DNA from: Cladosporium halotolerans
Lineage: Eukaryota
Length of the DNA: 64,000 nucleotides
Reading direction: 5' to 3'
NCBI RefSeq assembly: GCF_011745625.1
Contig: NW_027191455.1
Span: 620,001-684,000 of the forward strand
Within the stretch, counting starts at the first letter, position 1, and the number at the start of each line of letters is the position of its first letter. A model generated the notes under the pieces. That model was not told the origin of the DNA. It was given only the letters and a program-made list of their open reading frames with translations, and did no database searches. This document shows positions 34,473 to 47,800 of this stretch, piece after piece. The translations under genes were made by a program, and so were the position numbers.

Positions 34473-35681
34473 ATGGCGTCCAGGCTAAGTAGCATTCGCA
34501 GCCATCTTGTACAAAACGTGACTAAACGCCGCACAAGCCCTTTCCGCACCATGTCGTCGACATCCACACCATCAATCGCCATTCTAGACGATTACGGCGG
34601 CCTCGCATCCAAGCACTTCGAACAAATCCCCGGCCTCAAAGTCGACTCCTTCCCCGAAACCCTCGACCCAGCATCCGAAGATGGCCTCCAAGCCCTGGCC
34701 GCCCGCCTCAAACCCTACACCATAATCAGCACCATGCGCGAGCGCACCCCCTTCCCCTCCACCCTGCAATCCCAACTCCCCAACCTCAAGCTCCTCCTCA
34801 CAACCGGCGTCCGCAACGCCTCCCTCGACATCCCCTTCGCCACCTCCCGCAACACCACCGTCGCCGGCACCACGGGCGCCAAACCCGGCCACCCAGACCA
34901 CTCCTCCGCCGACAGCGCCTCCGCGCCTCCGCCCCCCGGCTACGACTCCACAACCCAGCACACCTGGGCCCTGATCCTCAGCCTCGCCTCCCGCATCCCG
35001 CACGACAACGCCGCCCTCCGCTCCGACCCCTCCGCCTGGCAATCCGGCTTCTCCGTCGCGCTCGGCGGCAAGACCCTCGGCCTCTGCGGGCTGGGGAAAC
35101 TCGGCGCCAACGCCGCACGCATCGGCGCGCAGGCCTTCGGCATGAACGTCGTCGCCTGGAGCGAGAATCTCACGCAGGAGAAGGCCGACGCGGCCGCCGA
35201 GAACGCGGGTCTGCCCCGGGGCGCTTTCAAGGCCGTCTCGAAGGCGGAGCTGTTCCGGAGCGCGGACGTGCTGAGTCTGCACTACGTGCTTTCGCCGCGC
35301 AGTCGCGGGATTGTGGGCGCGGAGGAGCTGGCGATGATGAAGGGGACGAGTTTGCTGGTGAATTCTTCGCGCGGGCCGCTGATTGACGAGCAGGCGTTGC
35401 TGGAGGCGCTGGAGAGGGGTCAGATTCGCGGCGCGGCCCTGGATGTGTGGTGGAAGGAGCCGTTGCCGGCTGATAGCCCGTGGAGGGCGTATAAGGGCAA
35501 GAGCGAGCTGGTTATGAGCCCGCATATGGGCTATGTTAATGAAGGTGAGATTGTGTTTGTATGCGGTTGTGGGGCGTGGCTAACGTGATTAATAGGTACG
35601 ATTGACCGCTGGTACGAAGAGCAGGCTGAGAACGTGCGCCGTTTCATAGCGGGTGAGGAGATCTTGAATAAGCTTAACTAA
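34473..35681 (+). CDS. D-isomer-specific 2-hydroxyacid dehydrogenase; intron 35545-35595
   Basis: IAILDDY, TMRERTPF, GLCGLGKLG, LVNSSRGPLIDE, AALDVW.KEPL, SPHMGYV. Spliced end is EGTIDRWYEEQAENVRRFIAGEEILNKLN*. Confidence 0.93.
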
Positions 35682-36106
35682 TGGTCGACCTGACGATTCG
35701 CCCGAACATGATTTGTCTTCGAAAGCTGTTGTAACAGTCACCTCGGTGCCATTCCAAGACCGAAGTGTACCCCACTGCGGATTGTACGAGGATCCATTCT
35801 TGTTGTTCAATGGTTGAGATATCAAGCTCACTCTTTCAACTTTTTGAACGACTTTTTAAGAACCTCACCATCAATTGCCATGCTATATTCCCCAACATCA
35901 CCTACACGCAACGAAAGCACATCGTAACATACCCGAGTGTATCTGCATGAAGTGAGAGGGCAATGTACATAGTGCCACTAGCGCCCCATCAGGCTTAGCG
36001 CAAACCTAAATCCGTCGTGCATCGGAGTGAATTTGAATCAAAACCAATTGTCCGACGCGTGCCTGTCGTCGCCAACAACGCGAATTCCATTTTCCTTTTC
36101 TTCCAG

Positions 36107-37439
36107 ATGTCGTTCAGTTTCGGGTTTTCTGGGGAAGATGTTGAGGACGACAATGATGTTGCGCAGGACGTGACGGCGACTGCACAATCGAATGGCGGAG
36201 AATCCGGCTCTCCATTCGTCGGATTGCCGGCGAAAGAGCACTCTTTGGATGAGTTGGTAAGTGATTGCTGTGTCTTGAAATACCACTGGAAGAATTCACA
36301 GCAGAAATGCGAGATCTCTGAAAGCTACGTGTGCTAGTTTCGTTTCGTTCGCTTCGAGACCAGCCGCCACGTCTGGTTCCGAATGAGAATCGAGCAACCA
36401 GGGAACGAACGATTGGATGAACCTTGCGATTGAGAAATAGACATGCATGCTTATCTCATCACTGTATATCTCACTAAGATTTCCGTCCAGTTAGCTACTC
36501 TCCCCGACCACTTGTGCTACAGCACGATCCAGATCGAATCGCCCACAGGCAAAACGATCAATCTCCCACGCCGTGATCTGTCAGATATCCGGGTACAATT
36601 AATGGCCGAAGATGAAGCCGCCAACGACAGCACATTACACGACCTGGAAGACTCAGACATCCGGACCGGCGTCTACGAAGGCGGCTTCAAGACCTGGGAA
36701 TGCTCCGTCGATCTCGCTAGCATCCTTCTCGACAGAGGCCCTCGCAAAGACATCGACGAGCTCGTGCGATGCGACCAAATCATCGAGGTAAGCCCTTAAG
36801 CCCTTCTTCCCTTAAGGATTCAAACCACTAACCACACCTCCCCAGCTTGGCTGCGGCACCGCCGTCCCAACCCTCACCCTCTTCCAGCACTGCCTGCAAT
36901 CCTCCATCCCCCAATCCTTCACCCTGCAAGACTACAACGACTCCGTCCTCCGCCTCGCCACCCTCCCCAACCTCCTCCTAACCTGGGCCACAACCACAAC
37001 CCCGCCCCTCATCTCCCCCACCGACCCCCAAAACGACCTCGAACTCACCCCCGAAATCCTCGCCGCCTTCCGCGCCTCCCTCACCGAAGCAAACATCTCC
37101 CTCACCTTCCTCTCCGGCTCCTGGTCGCCCGATCTCGCAGCTCTCATCCCGGCGTCAGCGCCCGAGATGGGCACGCTGGTCCTCGGCGCCGAGACGATCT
37201 ACTCGCCTGCGGCGACGGATGCGTTCGTGGAGATTCTCATGCTGCTGCTGCGGCGCGTGAAGATGGCCAAGGCGATGGTGGGCGCGAAGAAGTTCTACTT
37301 CGGCGTCGGCGGCTCGGTGGATGGGCTGAAGGAGGCGTGCGCGGCGCGGGGCGCGGTCGCGTACGAGATTGAGAATCACGGCGTGCCCGGGCTGGAGGCG
37401 GGGGTTGGGAGGGCGTTGGTGGAGGTGCAGATGTTTTAG
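36107..37439 (+). CDS. HPM1: Histidine protein methyltransferase Hpm1/METTL18; introns 36257-36490 and 36788-36845
   Basis: MSFSFGFSGEDVE; LPRRDLSDIRVQLMAED; GVYEGGFKTWECSVDL; IIE-LGCGT; DYN; AETIYSP; AKKFYFGVGG. Confidence 0.92.
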
Positions 37440-37616
37440 ATTTAGAGGGATGGGAAGGGTGGAATGGATGGAAAAGGCTGGTCGCTCAAGGCAATTGCTG
37501 GTCGCTATTCTGGGTATATTTTCGCACATTTGGCCTGTGATGGCAGCCAGCATGCATGCATGCGGTCGTCGCGTCGTAAAGAAAATCACGTCTCGCTGCG
37601 GAACCCACCCCTTACG

Positions 37617-37658
37617 TTTCAAGAACTCCACTCCCTTTCAAGAACTCCACTCCCTTTC
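37617..37658. repeat. 19-nt perfect tandem duplication TTTCAAGAACTCCACTCCC spanning a stop codon
   Basis: Copies at 37617-37635 and 37636-37654, plus TTTC. Confidence 0.9.
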
Positions 37659-39365
37659 CTCGTCTCCTATCATAGTCGCTCTCATCCTCCCATCCGCCCT
37701 CCCAGCGATACTAGAAAGCCGCTCCGCCTGCACCCTCCGCCCCGACTCCCTCTGCATCTCCAACCTCTCAATCCCCAGATTGATATTCTGAATGTGCACC
37801 TCGAGCGGCACGACCTCGCCCACCGTCTCCGGCATGGCCACGCGCTCGCGGAGATCCTCCAGGTTGTCGCGGATCGCCATGAGCTTGACGACGGCGCTGT
37901 TGACGTGGCCCCAGGCCATCTTGCGGTACAGGCCGACCTGCTTGAGCAGCGTGATCTGCTTCTCGAGCTTCGCGACGGAGTTGCGGTTGCCGCCCAGCTG
38001 CGTCCAAAGCTGCGCGAACAGCTCGTCCTTGCCGTCTTGCACTTTGATGCCGTCGCGGGTGGCGATGGCGGAGATGAGGTCCAGGCGGCTGTCGAGGTTG
38101 TCGAGGACGTCGAGGAGGGCGTGCGCTTCGCTGATGAGGGAGAGGATCTGCTCTTCGACTGCGCCAGTGTGCCGGAGGTACTGGTCGAGGAGGGCGTTGC
38201 GGCTGAGGGCGACGGGCTGGAAGGGCGCGAAGACGTTGAGGTTGGTGGAGACCCATTTGCGGACGACACCGCGCGCGGCGTCTTCGGCGGCGACGCCGTC
38301 GATGACTTGCAGCGTCCAGCGGTTGGTGGATAGGATGTGGTCGACTGCGCGGCCGATGCGTGAGTTGAAGCGGCTCAGGTCGTGGCTTGCCTGTCGGGCG
38401 GTGTCGATGAAGCCTTCGAATTCAAAGACAAGCTCGTTGCGGGAAGGGAGGTGCGAGTACTGGACAACGTGCTTCAGATCCCGAATGCCGGACTCGCTCG
38501 ACTTCATCTCCAGCGGAAGAAATGCGCCAGTAGCAGAGGCCGCGAGGACCTCCTCGAACTGAGACTGCGCCTCGACAAGCTTGTCGAACTCAGCCGGGCC
38601 CGAGAGCTCAGGGACAGAGCCCTTCGGACAGAATGGCAGATTCAGAAACGAGCTCCCAGGAATGCGGCAGATCGGCGACAAAGCATTGCTGATAGTGTCG
38701 TTGACGAAATTCCCAGCCAGCATAAACACACCCACGACCAACCACACCGCCAACACGCTCTTCGTCAACGGGTTCGTCGTCGCGATCCGCAGAACATCCC
38801 ACGCGTACCAAAGCAACGGCACCACCGCCCTCTCCCACACCACAAACGGCCAATTCAAATCGCTCGTCTCGTCAATCTCATCGTCGTACTCCGCCTTGCT
38901 CTGCGCTTTCTTCCCCTTCCCCTTTCCCTTCCCCTTCTCCTCCTCCGCCCTCCTCACAAACGACCCCGCATCACTCGTCAACGACCTCTGATTCAACCTC
39001 ATATGCGGCGTCTTCGCCCTCGCCACCGACGCCCTCGGCTTCCCGCCATCCGGCGACGAAGGCATGACCAAGCTCGGCTCGCGCCTCTTGCGCAGCCCAA
39101 GATCGCTGCCCCCCGTGTTGCGGAGCGCGTTCTGCGCCGCTTCCGCCGACACGAAGGTCCTGGCGTCGTGCTCGTCCTCGCCCTCGTCCTCTTCGACTTC
39201 CTCGTTCCTGCTCTGGGATCTGGACGCTCTCTTCTCCGACGTGTACGAGTCGCCTAGCTCCTCGCGCTCGTCGCCTGGCGCGTAGATTTCGGACCCGAAG
39301 TCTTGGGCGTCGACGTCGTCCCAGGATTCGGAGAGGTCGGGGCGCGAGCGGCGCGTGCGGGCCAT
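37638..39365 (-). CDS. Conserved fungal membrane-anchored coiled-coil protein of unknown function
   Basis: ATG at 39365 (MARTRRSR). Disordered N-terminus, hydrophobic segment(s), CRIPG..LPFC, then a long helical region with strong codon bias. Confidence 0.8.
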   Translation of the reverse strand: MARTRRSRPDLSESWDDVDAQDFGSEIYAPGDEREELGDSYTSEKRASRSQSRNEEVEEDEGEDEHDARTFVSAEAAQNALRNTGGSDLGLRKRREPSLVMPSSPDGGKPRASVARAKTPHMRLNQRSLTSDAGSFVRRAEEEKGKGKGKGKKAQSKAEYDDEIDETSDLNWPFVVWERAVVPLLWYAWDVLRIATTNPLTKSVLAVWLVVGVFMLAGNFVNDTISNALSPICRIPGSSFLNLPFCPKGSVPELSGPAEFDKLVEAQSQFEEVLAASATGAFLPLEMKSSESGIRDLKHVVQYSHLPSRNELVFEFEGFIDTARQASHDLSRFNSRIGRAVDHILSTNRWTLQVIDGVAAEDAARGVVRKWVSTNLNVFAPFQPVALSRNALLDQYLRHTGAVEEQILSLISEAHALLDVLDNLDSRLDLISAIATRDGIKVQDGKDELFAQLWTQLGGNRNSVAKLEKQITLLKQVGLYRKMAWGHVNSAVVKLMAIRDNLEDLRERVAMPETVGEVVPLEVHIQNINLGIERLEMQRESGRRVQAERLSSIAGRADGRMRATMIGDEEREWSS

Positions 39366-40401
39366 GGTGCGTTTGTTGGTTGGGTTTGGTTGTTGTTGTG
39401 AGGACTGTGAGGATGGTCCAAGCTGGCGTTTGTGGTTTGCAGTCCCCGTCGCGGCTGTGTTTTTATCTCGCACAGGAATGCTGCTCGCTCGCTTTGTCTC
39501 AGTCAACGAGCAATCAGTGTTCGTTGATCCGCAAGACAAGCAAATGGAATTCGCTTGAGTCCAAGACAGAGGTGAGCGATCGCAAAGTAAGGTAAGACAG
39601 CCGTGCTCGAACCGCAGCCAAAAAAGCAAAGGCGAACGACCGCGAGGCTTGTTGGGCGCGCGCGCCCCAGCGCCTACGCGATCTTGATGCATGTCCCGTC
39701 GCGTGGTCTGGAAGTGGCATGTGCGGTGACGTAGCCGCCTTGCGCTTGCCCTGACGCGCAGCCGTGCCGAACCATTCACTTGCACTTCTGACCCCACCGG
39801 TTGACGCCTCAGGCAGGGATTATGGGCGGAAGGATTCGGTGGTCATGGACCAAGGGACTTCGCTTACCGGCCTGGAGTTGTGCCACGGATCGAGTTGGAA
39901 GGATTATTGCAGGAAGGGGTTTGATGCCCAGTTACCGGTTCATCAGCGATTGCGAGTTTCCGATGGGCCTTCTCGTTTAAACATGTTTCTCACTTCGGAA
40001 GACCAGGAGTTGACAAGTGAAGTGAACCTCTTCTCAATTATTACATTGTCGCCCGCAAGCCTCCCTAACTCTCATGACTGCCTGAAAGGCGCGCAGACCG
40101 AGTCGGCTAGCGATAATATCCAGCTCCAGCTCCTCCAAAGCCCCAAACCCATCCATCCCATGCATCGACATCGAAGATAAATGAAGATGTGAAGACAAGA
40201 AGAGTAAAGTTGCAGCAAGCAAGTTGAAAAGAAAAAAGTAGAAAAGGACAGAACTCCGAGGAGTCCCGCCCAAAAGATCCGTCTCTTCGTAGAAAGCGCG
40301 TTTCCCGCTGACATGTCATCCAAACCTTCGTCAATATCCGTGAATAAGAGTTAAATCAAAAAGTCTTCGCCTCGCTGCCGGCGTGCTGAAACGGAGAATT
40401 C

Positions 40402-43400
40402 TCAACCCGGGAGATTGAGCGCCACGGCCTCCCGCTCCTTCGCGCTGAGATCAGTATCGGTCTCGCCGTCGGTGCCGGTCGCCGCCGAGCTGGGAGCAGT
40501 GGAGTACATATCTGTCGCCTTGGAGCTTCCAGCCAGAGACTCCCTCTCAGCGCCCGTGTTGGCCTCTGCGCCTAGCCCCTCGATCCCCAGACCTTGGCCG
40601 TTTGTCCCCCCAGGAGCGGCGCCGTTGCTCTCGCCAGTAGCGTCCAGTTCGATAGGAGTGTTGGCGCCAGCCCCCGCCTCGTCGTCCTTGAGCGCGGGCG
40701 GGCGCTCTCTGCGCTCGCGGGCTTTGGCGAGGGAAATGGTCTTCTGGTTGTAGGTGGTAGTCACGACGCCGTCCTGCTCGCGGTCGATGACGGCCTTCAT
40801 CAGCGCCGCCATCCACAGCCGGCCCTCCTGCCTGCTGTTGACGGCGAAGTAGTGCACCGTCGGCTTGGTGAAGGTGACGCCGCGGCCGGACTTGGGCGGG
40901 ACCAGCTTGAAGATGAACAGGCCGTCGTCGTCGGTGCCAGCCTGCGGAGGGTTGTCCTGCAGGTCCTTCTGAGCGGAGGTGAAAGTTGCGCTGTCTTTGG
41001 GGCTCAGGGGCGCTGTGTTGCCGGCGCCGGTCATGGCTGCGTGAAGGCCTGTTAGTTTCTCGCCGTGGGCGACCATGACGTTGTGGAATGAGATGTCGAT
41101 GAGGCCTTTCTCCTCGGTGTCGGTCTCGGAATAGTAGTATGATAGACGACGTCCTTTGAGCACGAAAAGTCGGGGTTTCCAGGTGGTCATCAGCGATCCA
41201 GATTTCTTCTTCATCCAACCAGAGTAATCTGCGTCGGGGATCTGCTCTGCAGGAGTCCTCTGCATCAGACCGCGAGTGTATGCTGAAGTCTCTTTCTTGT
41301 TCTTCCTCTGTGGTCGCTTCGTGGAAGGAGGCGGAGGCATCAAATTGCCACTTCCTGATCCGGTAGACGTCCTTGTTGCTGACTTAGGTCCATCAATGCT
41401 CGGTTGATCCGTGCTCGGCGTACTGGATCCTGTTCGTGCCGGAGAATCCTCCTTCGTAGGACTAGCAGCGGTCTTCTCCTGCGTCGTGACAGCATCGCTT
41501 CTCGCACGCAGGCCCTTGACCTTGGATTTGGTGATGAAGAAAGGCAACTGAGAGGCAAGCGGTGGGCTTTTTGTAGGTGCCGTACTCGAAGTGTCGCTGC
41601 CTGGTTTCACTGGACTTGATGAATTCGCGTTGCCAACAGATGGAGTACTGTCGTAGTTCAGCTTCGTAACAATGGGCGTTGTATTCTCTTCTGCGACCAA
41701 GGGTTTCTCGTGGAACTGTGGCATGCTGGTGGTCCGGAAGCTAGCAAATTTCGAGTTGATAGCCGAAGTCGCATCGGATAATCTGCCCGACGGCATGCCG
41801 GGGCTGGTCGGTGATTTTGTGGTTGGACCATAGCCGCTTGACGAGAAAGACTTCTTTTGCAGGACGGTGGGCTTAGCCCATCTGCTTCGCTGCTCCGTCT
41901 CATTCGAAGAGAAATATCCTTTCTCCATCTCGCTCGGCGAAGCTGTCACATCGCCCTCGCTGATCTGACGCGTCAAATCTGGGCGCGGTGTGTCCGAGCT
42001 CATAGTGTAAGCGTGGCTACTGCTTGCCCTGTTGTTGCCGGCTTGCGCTTGCCCGGGTTGCCACTTCGCATCGAACGAAGGCTGCTTCCTGTGTCCTGAC
42101 CGCATAGCTGTATCCTTGGCATTGAAAGAAGAATCAACGCTGCCCATGCTAGAGTGTCGCCGGCTGTGGTTCATTGTACGGATATTCTGTGCCGAAGGTC
42201 TGTACGTGCTTTCTGGTCGTGTAAAAGATGTCATGGACTGCAGGGGCGACATCGCACCACTCACTCGCGCGCCTGCTGAAGAGGGCGGTTGCTGATACGA
42301 GTGCATGGCGCTCGCTTTACCATCAATGCTTTGTCTGGTTGACAAACCTTGCGGCAATGCCGAGGCGGCGCTGGTGCTGCGAGCCCGTCCTATATCGCGC
42401 GACTCCTCTTCCGGAATGTCGTCTTGCGCACCACCCGCAGAGTATTCGGAAGTGCTCAGAGCCACGCCGACCCTCTGGTTTCTCATCACCTCATCTTGCA
42501 GGGCCTTGATCTTGTGCCAAGTGCGCAACCTGCGACCCACTGGACCAAGATCGAATTCCTTCATGAAGACACTACTTTGCTCCATGGCAAGCAGGACATC
42601 CCCGGAAATTTCCTGCTCCAGGAAAGCGTCGCAGTGTGATTTCTCAACCCCGTTGTCCTCAAGATATTCAGCCACGCGCCGCGCGCTCCACGACATGACT
42701 TCCGCCTCAGTGTACAAATTGCTCTCCTCCTCGTCGGTCTCATGACCCGCAATGAAGGATGACCGATTCAAGGGCTGGCTGCTGTAGACAGAGCTCACTG
42801 TTTCACGTTTGTTCCCGTTGGCATAGGATGTGCGTTGGCCGCTCATGTCGGTGATGTGCTCGTTGATGACACTGAGGGTCTCGTTCATGACAGGCGACTG
42901 CATATTCATTGAGCTGTACGAGGGATTGGGCGGGTTGAAGTCGTTGACGAGTGAGGTGCGGATTGTCGGCGTGCTCGAAGGGGCGTTCGGCGCAAGAGGG
43001 CTGCTCGTTTTCGGGCTGCTCGAGCTGGCTGGACGTTGCTGGAGAGGAGCAGAGGATTGGCGTTGGTTTGCTGAATCTGAGCTCGTCGTCGGTCGTGAGA
43101 GATTCTCGGTCGCGCGGCGTGCGCCATTGATGGCGGCATTCGACAGTGTTCCTTTGGGCGCCGGGGTCGTGTAGACTAAATGGCGGTCAGCATTTTCCCA
43201 CTCGCGGCCATACGCGCGAAACAGCCTTTTCTTGCTTACCTTCGGGGAAGAGGCCAGTGTTCCCGTTGTTCATATGCCGCCCGAGGAACCACCCATCGCC
43301 AAAGTCGTCGTCGCGCTCAATGAGCTCGATGCGGTCGCCCTTTGCCAGACTAAGCTCATCAGCACTCCGTGCGATGAAGTCGTGCACGACCAGCAGGATG

Positions 43401-43444
43401 GAGCCCGCTGGCGCATCTGCTTTGCTGCCCTCTCTTGCTGCCAT
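40402..43444 (-). CDS. BOI2: Polarity scaffold Boi1/Boi2/Pob1 (SH3-SAM-PH); intron 43176-43239
   Basis: SH3 VHDFIARSADELSLAKGD..GDGWF..GLFPE-VY; SAM WSARRVAEYL..QEISGDVLL; PH YSGWMKKK..WKPRLFVL..WMAAL. Confidence 0.92.
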
Positions 43445-44854
43445 GGTCGCTGTGCTCCGATGGGTTGTGGAGATGTGGTATGTCGTGGCGCGCCGCTGGG
43501 GTCAGGAGTACGCAGCTTGCAGGCAACTCCGTGTTCTTCACAGACCCATGTTCCTTTTTCTCTGCACGCTAGGCGATCATCCAACGGTGTACCATGTGAA
43601 CGCGACAGAGGTGAATCAGCGGGGGCGAGACAAGTCGGCGGCCTGTGACGTGTGGGGAGGCGGATGCGGTGGTCTGGCGTCTGTGCCTGCGGCTGTGAGG
43701 ATCGAAAGCAGGGGATTCGCGGCGTGTGTGCTGCAGGGCGTCAGCAGCGCGAGGACGGGCAGGCTGGCAGTCGAGCAGGCGAGGATGTAGATGTAGTGAC
43801 GCGGAGGACGTGCAGGGCAGACGTCGCAATTGAGCGGAGGCCGATGGGCGCGCCCTCGAATCATAAAGCAGCGCCAATCTGGTCGCAGGCGGAGCCGTGG
43901 GCGTGCGCGAGGGCAGCCGTTGCGCGCACCGGAGCACAGACGGATGGACCGACCCATCTAGCCGGCGATGGCATCTGCTAGCACTGCCTAGCAGCACGGC
44001 CTAGCAACACCTTGTTTGCGCTCGCGCGCCACACCTGGCCTGCCCAATACTGTAGGTAGCACGCCCATAGCACCGCCTCGGCAATGCTCCGGCATCTGGA
44101 CCGCTCGGCTGGCTCTCACGCTCGCTTGCGTCTCGCGCCTGTGATGCCGGGCTGTTGTCTCGCTGCGTGCCTGCGTGATGTGGCCGCAGCTAATAATACC
44201 GCCATGGGCTTGGGAGATCGTGGAGCGCTCCGCACGTAAAGTCCAAGGCCAAAGTCTAAGGTGCTGCCAATAATTGGTTGCGGGCAGATGCCACAGAGCG
44301 CCATGTGTGATCTTGCCTGTGACCGGCCATCATGTCGCTGATCCGTTGTACGATACCTGATACGACTGACATCTTTTCCAATGTTTGCCGGTACTTGCGG
44401 CATAGAATGATTCAGGTGACTGATCAATGCATTCCCGCATCCTTGCGCTCATCACGCGTTTGGTCTGGCCTGGCAGCCAGGCACCTTCGCGGACAATGCG
44501 TGCAACGGGCTGAGCCGCGGTCTACCTCATCTCAAGCGCATCCACTTTTCCGTCCTGTGATAACATTGACCTGCTCAACGATTTTCTCGCCAGATTGCAG
44601 GGACAGCGGATCCGTGCGTGGCTGGCTGAGTGCGCATTTGGTATGCCGTCGAAAGTGAAACGCGAAGCTTCAACAACAGCGCGCCGTCTCCCACGCGAAC
44701 TTCAACAACACCTCGGACCGTCCGCCACGGGCCTCACGAGGTCTCCCGCTCCGTCGGGCGCCTGCATGTGACTGCAATAGACGCTTCGCGCCTACACAGG
44801 GCGTGGACACGATGCGCAGGCGGCGCTTGACTCGGACGACAGACCGCCGTCAAC

Positions 44855-47800
44855 ATGGTCGGCCATACTCATGCTTTCTCCCCTAAGCGGCGGCGCACCG
44901 ACGATGGCGAGCGCACGGCACAGCAAGTCGCCGAAACGAATGCGACGCTGCAGATGTTCGCGTCGCGAGGCCACCGGCCGTGGATGCAAGACTTGAGCAA
45001 TACCGCGCGCAGAGAGGAAGGCGCGATGCAGGACAGGCAGACGTCCTCGCATGGCAACGTCACTGTACTTCAAAATGCTGCCGTCGGCAAGAATATCATG
45101 GCACATGGGACAAACCGCGAATTGAACGCCGATATGAATCCCACGGCCGCCCGTGGACCTCCCTCTCCCGCACTGGCGGAACAGACTCGCTTCGATACCG
45201 GGTCCAGTCTCGTACAGCACGAGTCTCCGTATGGCGTGGAATCGCCAACACCTCGCTCATCTGCCACTATACCTTCGTCTACAGCACGCCCTGCACCCGC
45301 AACAGTGCCGTCGCCTGCCTTTGGCGGCAATGGGTCAGGGCCGCCGGGGAACGCGATCCTCGTCGACGACGGGCCAGGCGTAGCTCCGCCTCGGCCGTCA
45401 CATGCCCCTACTAGAAGGCCCAGAGGTCGCCCGCGAGGTAGTTCTGTTGGAAGTGGAGTCCCTAGAAATACCGTGCCTGTTCAAACTCCTCTAGCCGGAT
45501 CTACCTTTCCCGCGAAACGTAGAGGCCGTCCTCCCAAGAATTCAGTTCTGGCGCACGCCGCTAATAATACACGAACACAAAGTTCCCTTCAGGTCACCAT
45601 CCCCAGCAACTCAGCAACAGCCTCGCCGTTACCACCCGCAAACCCGAGCGCGCCCACACCGACGTCATTTCTCGCACGAGCTGCATCGCGAAACAGTAGC
45701 ATTTCCAATACGCCAGTCGCAGGACGTTCACCGCAGCAGAATATGCAAACAATTTCCCCTCAATTACTACAGGGTTCTTCGAGCTTGTTTGACACCGCCA
45801 GAATGCAGCAGCGTCTCGAGGACTTTTTCCGCGGCTCGGATCCTTATCTCAATGAATTTGACCATGGGCGGAAGGTGCTCTTGCAGGAAGCCGTTCGGAA
45901 GGGGGATATGTTCTACCTGGTGCTGAATCAAGTCTTTTGCTTGTATAGCTGCAATCCAACAGATGTGCCGGCTTCACTTATGGGAACTTTGACTCTGTCA
46001 TCATGGACCACTCTGGAACAGCTTCTATGCTCGAATCGGGTCGTGACTCCCTTCGTACTGAGGTGGTTTTCCGAGTTTCCCGCAACAATACAGGTCGTGA
46101 ATGCTAGTAACGAATCACTCACCTTCAGACATCAGTTGACCAATGTCAATACCTTCCTATTGGAGTTACCCTGTCGATGGGATCCTCTCATTACACATTG
46201 CAGACAAAGGTTAGCGCCACCACTTACTCAGGAGCTGGTTGAGCAGCTGAACATGACATCTCCTGTCCTGCAGACCACGGTATTCCGCGCCATTGCTAGA
46301 ATCATCTGGGGCCAGAAGAATGATGCAGGTTACCGTATTCTGGAAGAGCTACATGAGGTCGACCAGCGAACATACAACGTCCAGGGCTGGAGGCGTACGG
46401 AGGCTGAGAAGCGGGCCGCAGCCCAGTGGTTTTCCGCGTTATACGCTTCATGGAGACAGCGGTACGCGAACCCAAACAATCCGCCTGGTGCTTTCATCCC
46501 TCCGCCGGTGTGCGGCAATTTTCATCGTCCACCCCAAGGTATGCGTGCAGGTGAGCCACAATCCGTACAACAACAGTCGGTCCCGAGCACGGCAAATCAG
46601 AGACAGCGCATGGAACCCAATCAAAATACAAGACAGCAACAGTCAGTGAATGATAGCATGGCCATCACAAGCCAAGTACAGACACCAGGAGCCATTGTCT
46701 ACCCCAATGCACACATTGCACCGGCAGTGAACACTTCCTCGGGCTACCAGCAATCCCTGCACCAGCCAGTCATCAATCCTAACCCGCCGACGATGTATGC
46801 AACTGGATACGCCCCGCCGCCTCATCCAACACATCATGCAGCGAGAAGCGCGATGCCGCAGTTGAGCGCCCCAAATCTGCGTCGCTTGCTACCTCCGGAG
46901 AATTCAATGCCCAGGCCATTGCCAGTACAACCTGATACCGCTCGAGTATCACTGCACCAAGCTCACCTACGCAGTCCGATACCTGGAAGGAAAACACTCA
47001 TGCCCGGCGAACAGCCTCTGTATAGACATGTCGTCGGTTTCGCGCTCGGCCCAGTCACACTTCCTGCGCAGACGATGCAGTTCACCGCCTCCTGGACGCA
47101 AATGGATTCCATACCCACATCGACGCCGGGCTTGCTGCCCGGAGAGCCCCCGATTCGGTTGCTGAAAGAGGGCTCAACTCTGTACCGTCTTCGCTGCGCA
47201 AAGCGACCAGCAGACGGCGACTTCACATCCGACAGCTCCTGGTTGACCGCCGAAAACACCTGGCCAGACACCCTAGCCTTCCAACTCAACGGCCACTTCC
47301 TCGAGCCCAGGCGCAAACTGCACCACGGCCGCTACCTGCCCATCGACATCACCCCGCACCTGCGCCCCGGCGAAAACACCCTCAACGTCTACGTACTCCC
47401 CAACCCCCACGACAAAACCCCCTACGCCCTCGCAATCGAAACCGTCGGCGTCTCCTCCCACTCCACCATCACCTCCCGAATCCCCACCCTCCCCGCCGCC
47501 CAATCCCTCGCCGCCATCAAACGCTCCCTCTCAAACCCAACCGACTCCCCCTCCTCCGACGAAGACTTCATCATGACCTCCTCAACCCTCACAATCCCGC
47601 TCTTCGACCCCTTCCGCGCCGACCGCATCTGCGCGACGCCCGTCCGCGGCGCCGCCTGCTTGCACAGGGAGTGCTTCGACCTCGAGACCTTCCTCTCGCA
47701 GTGCCGCCGCGAGGAGCCGGGCTACCCGTGCGTGCCGGACTGCTGGCGCTGCCCCATCTGCAAGGGCGACGTGCGGCCGCAGACGCTGGTGAAGGATGGG

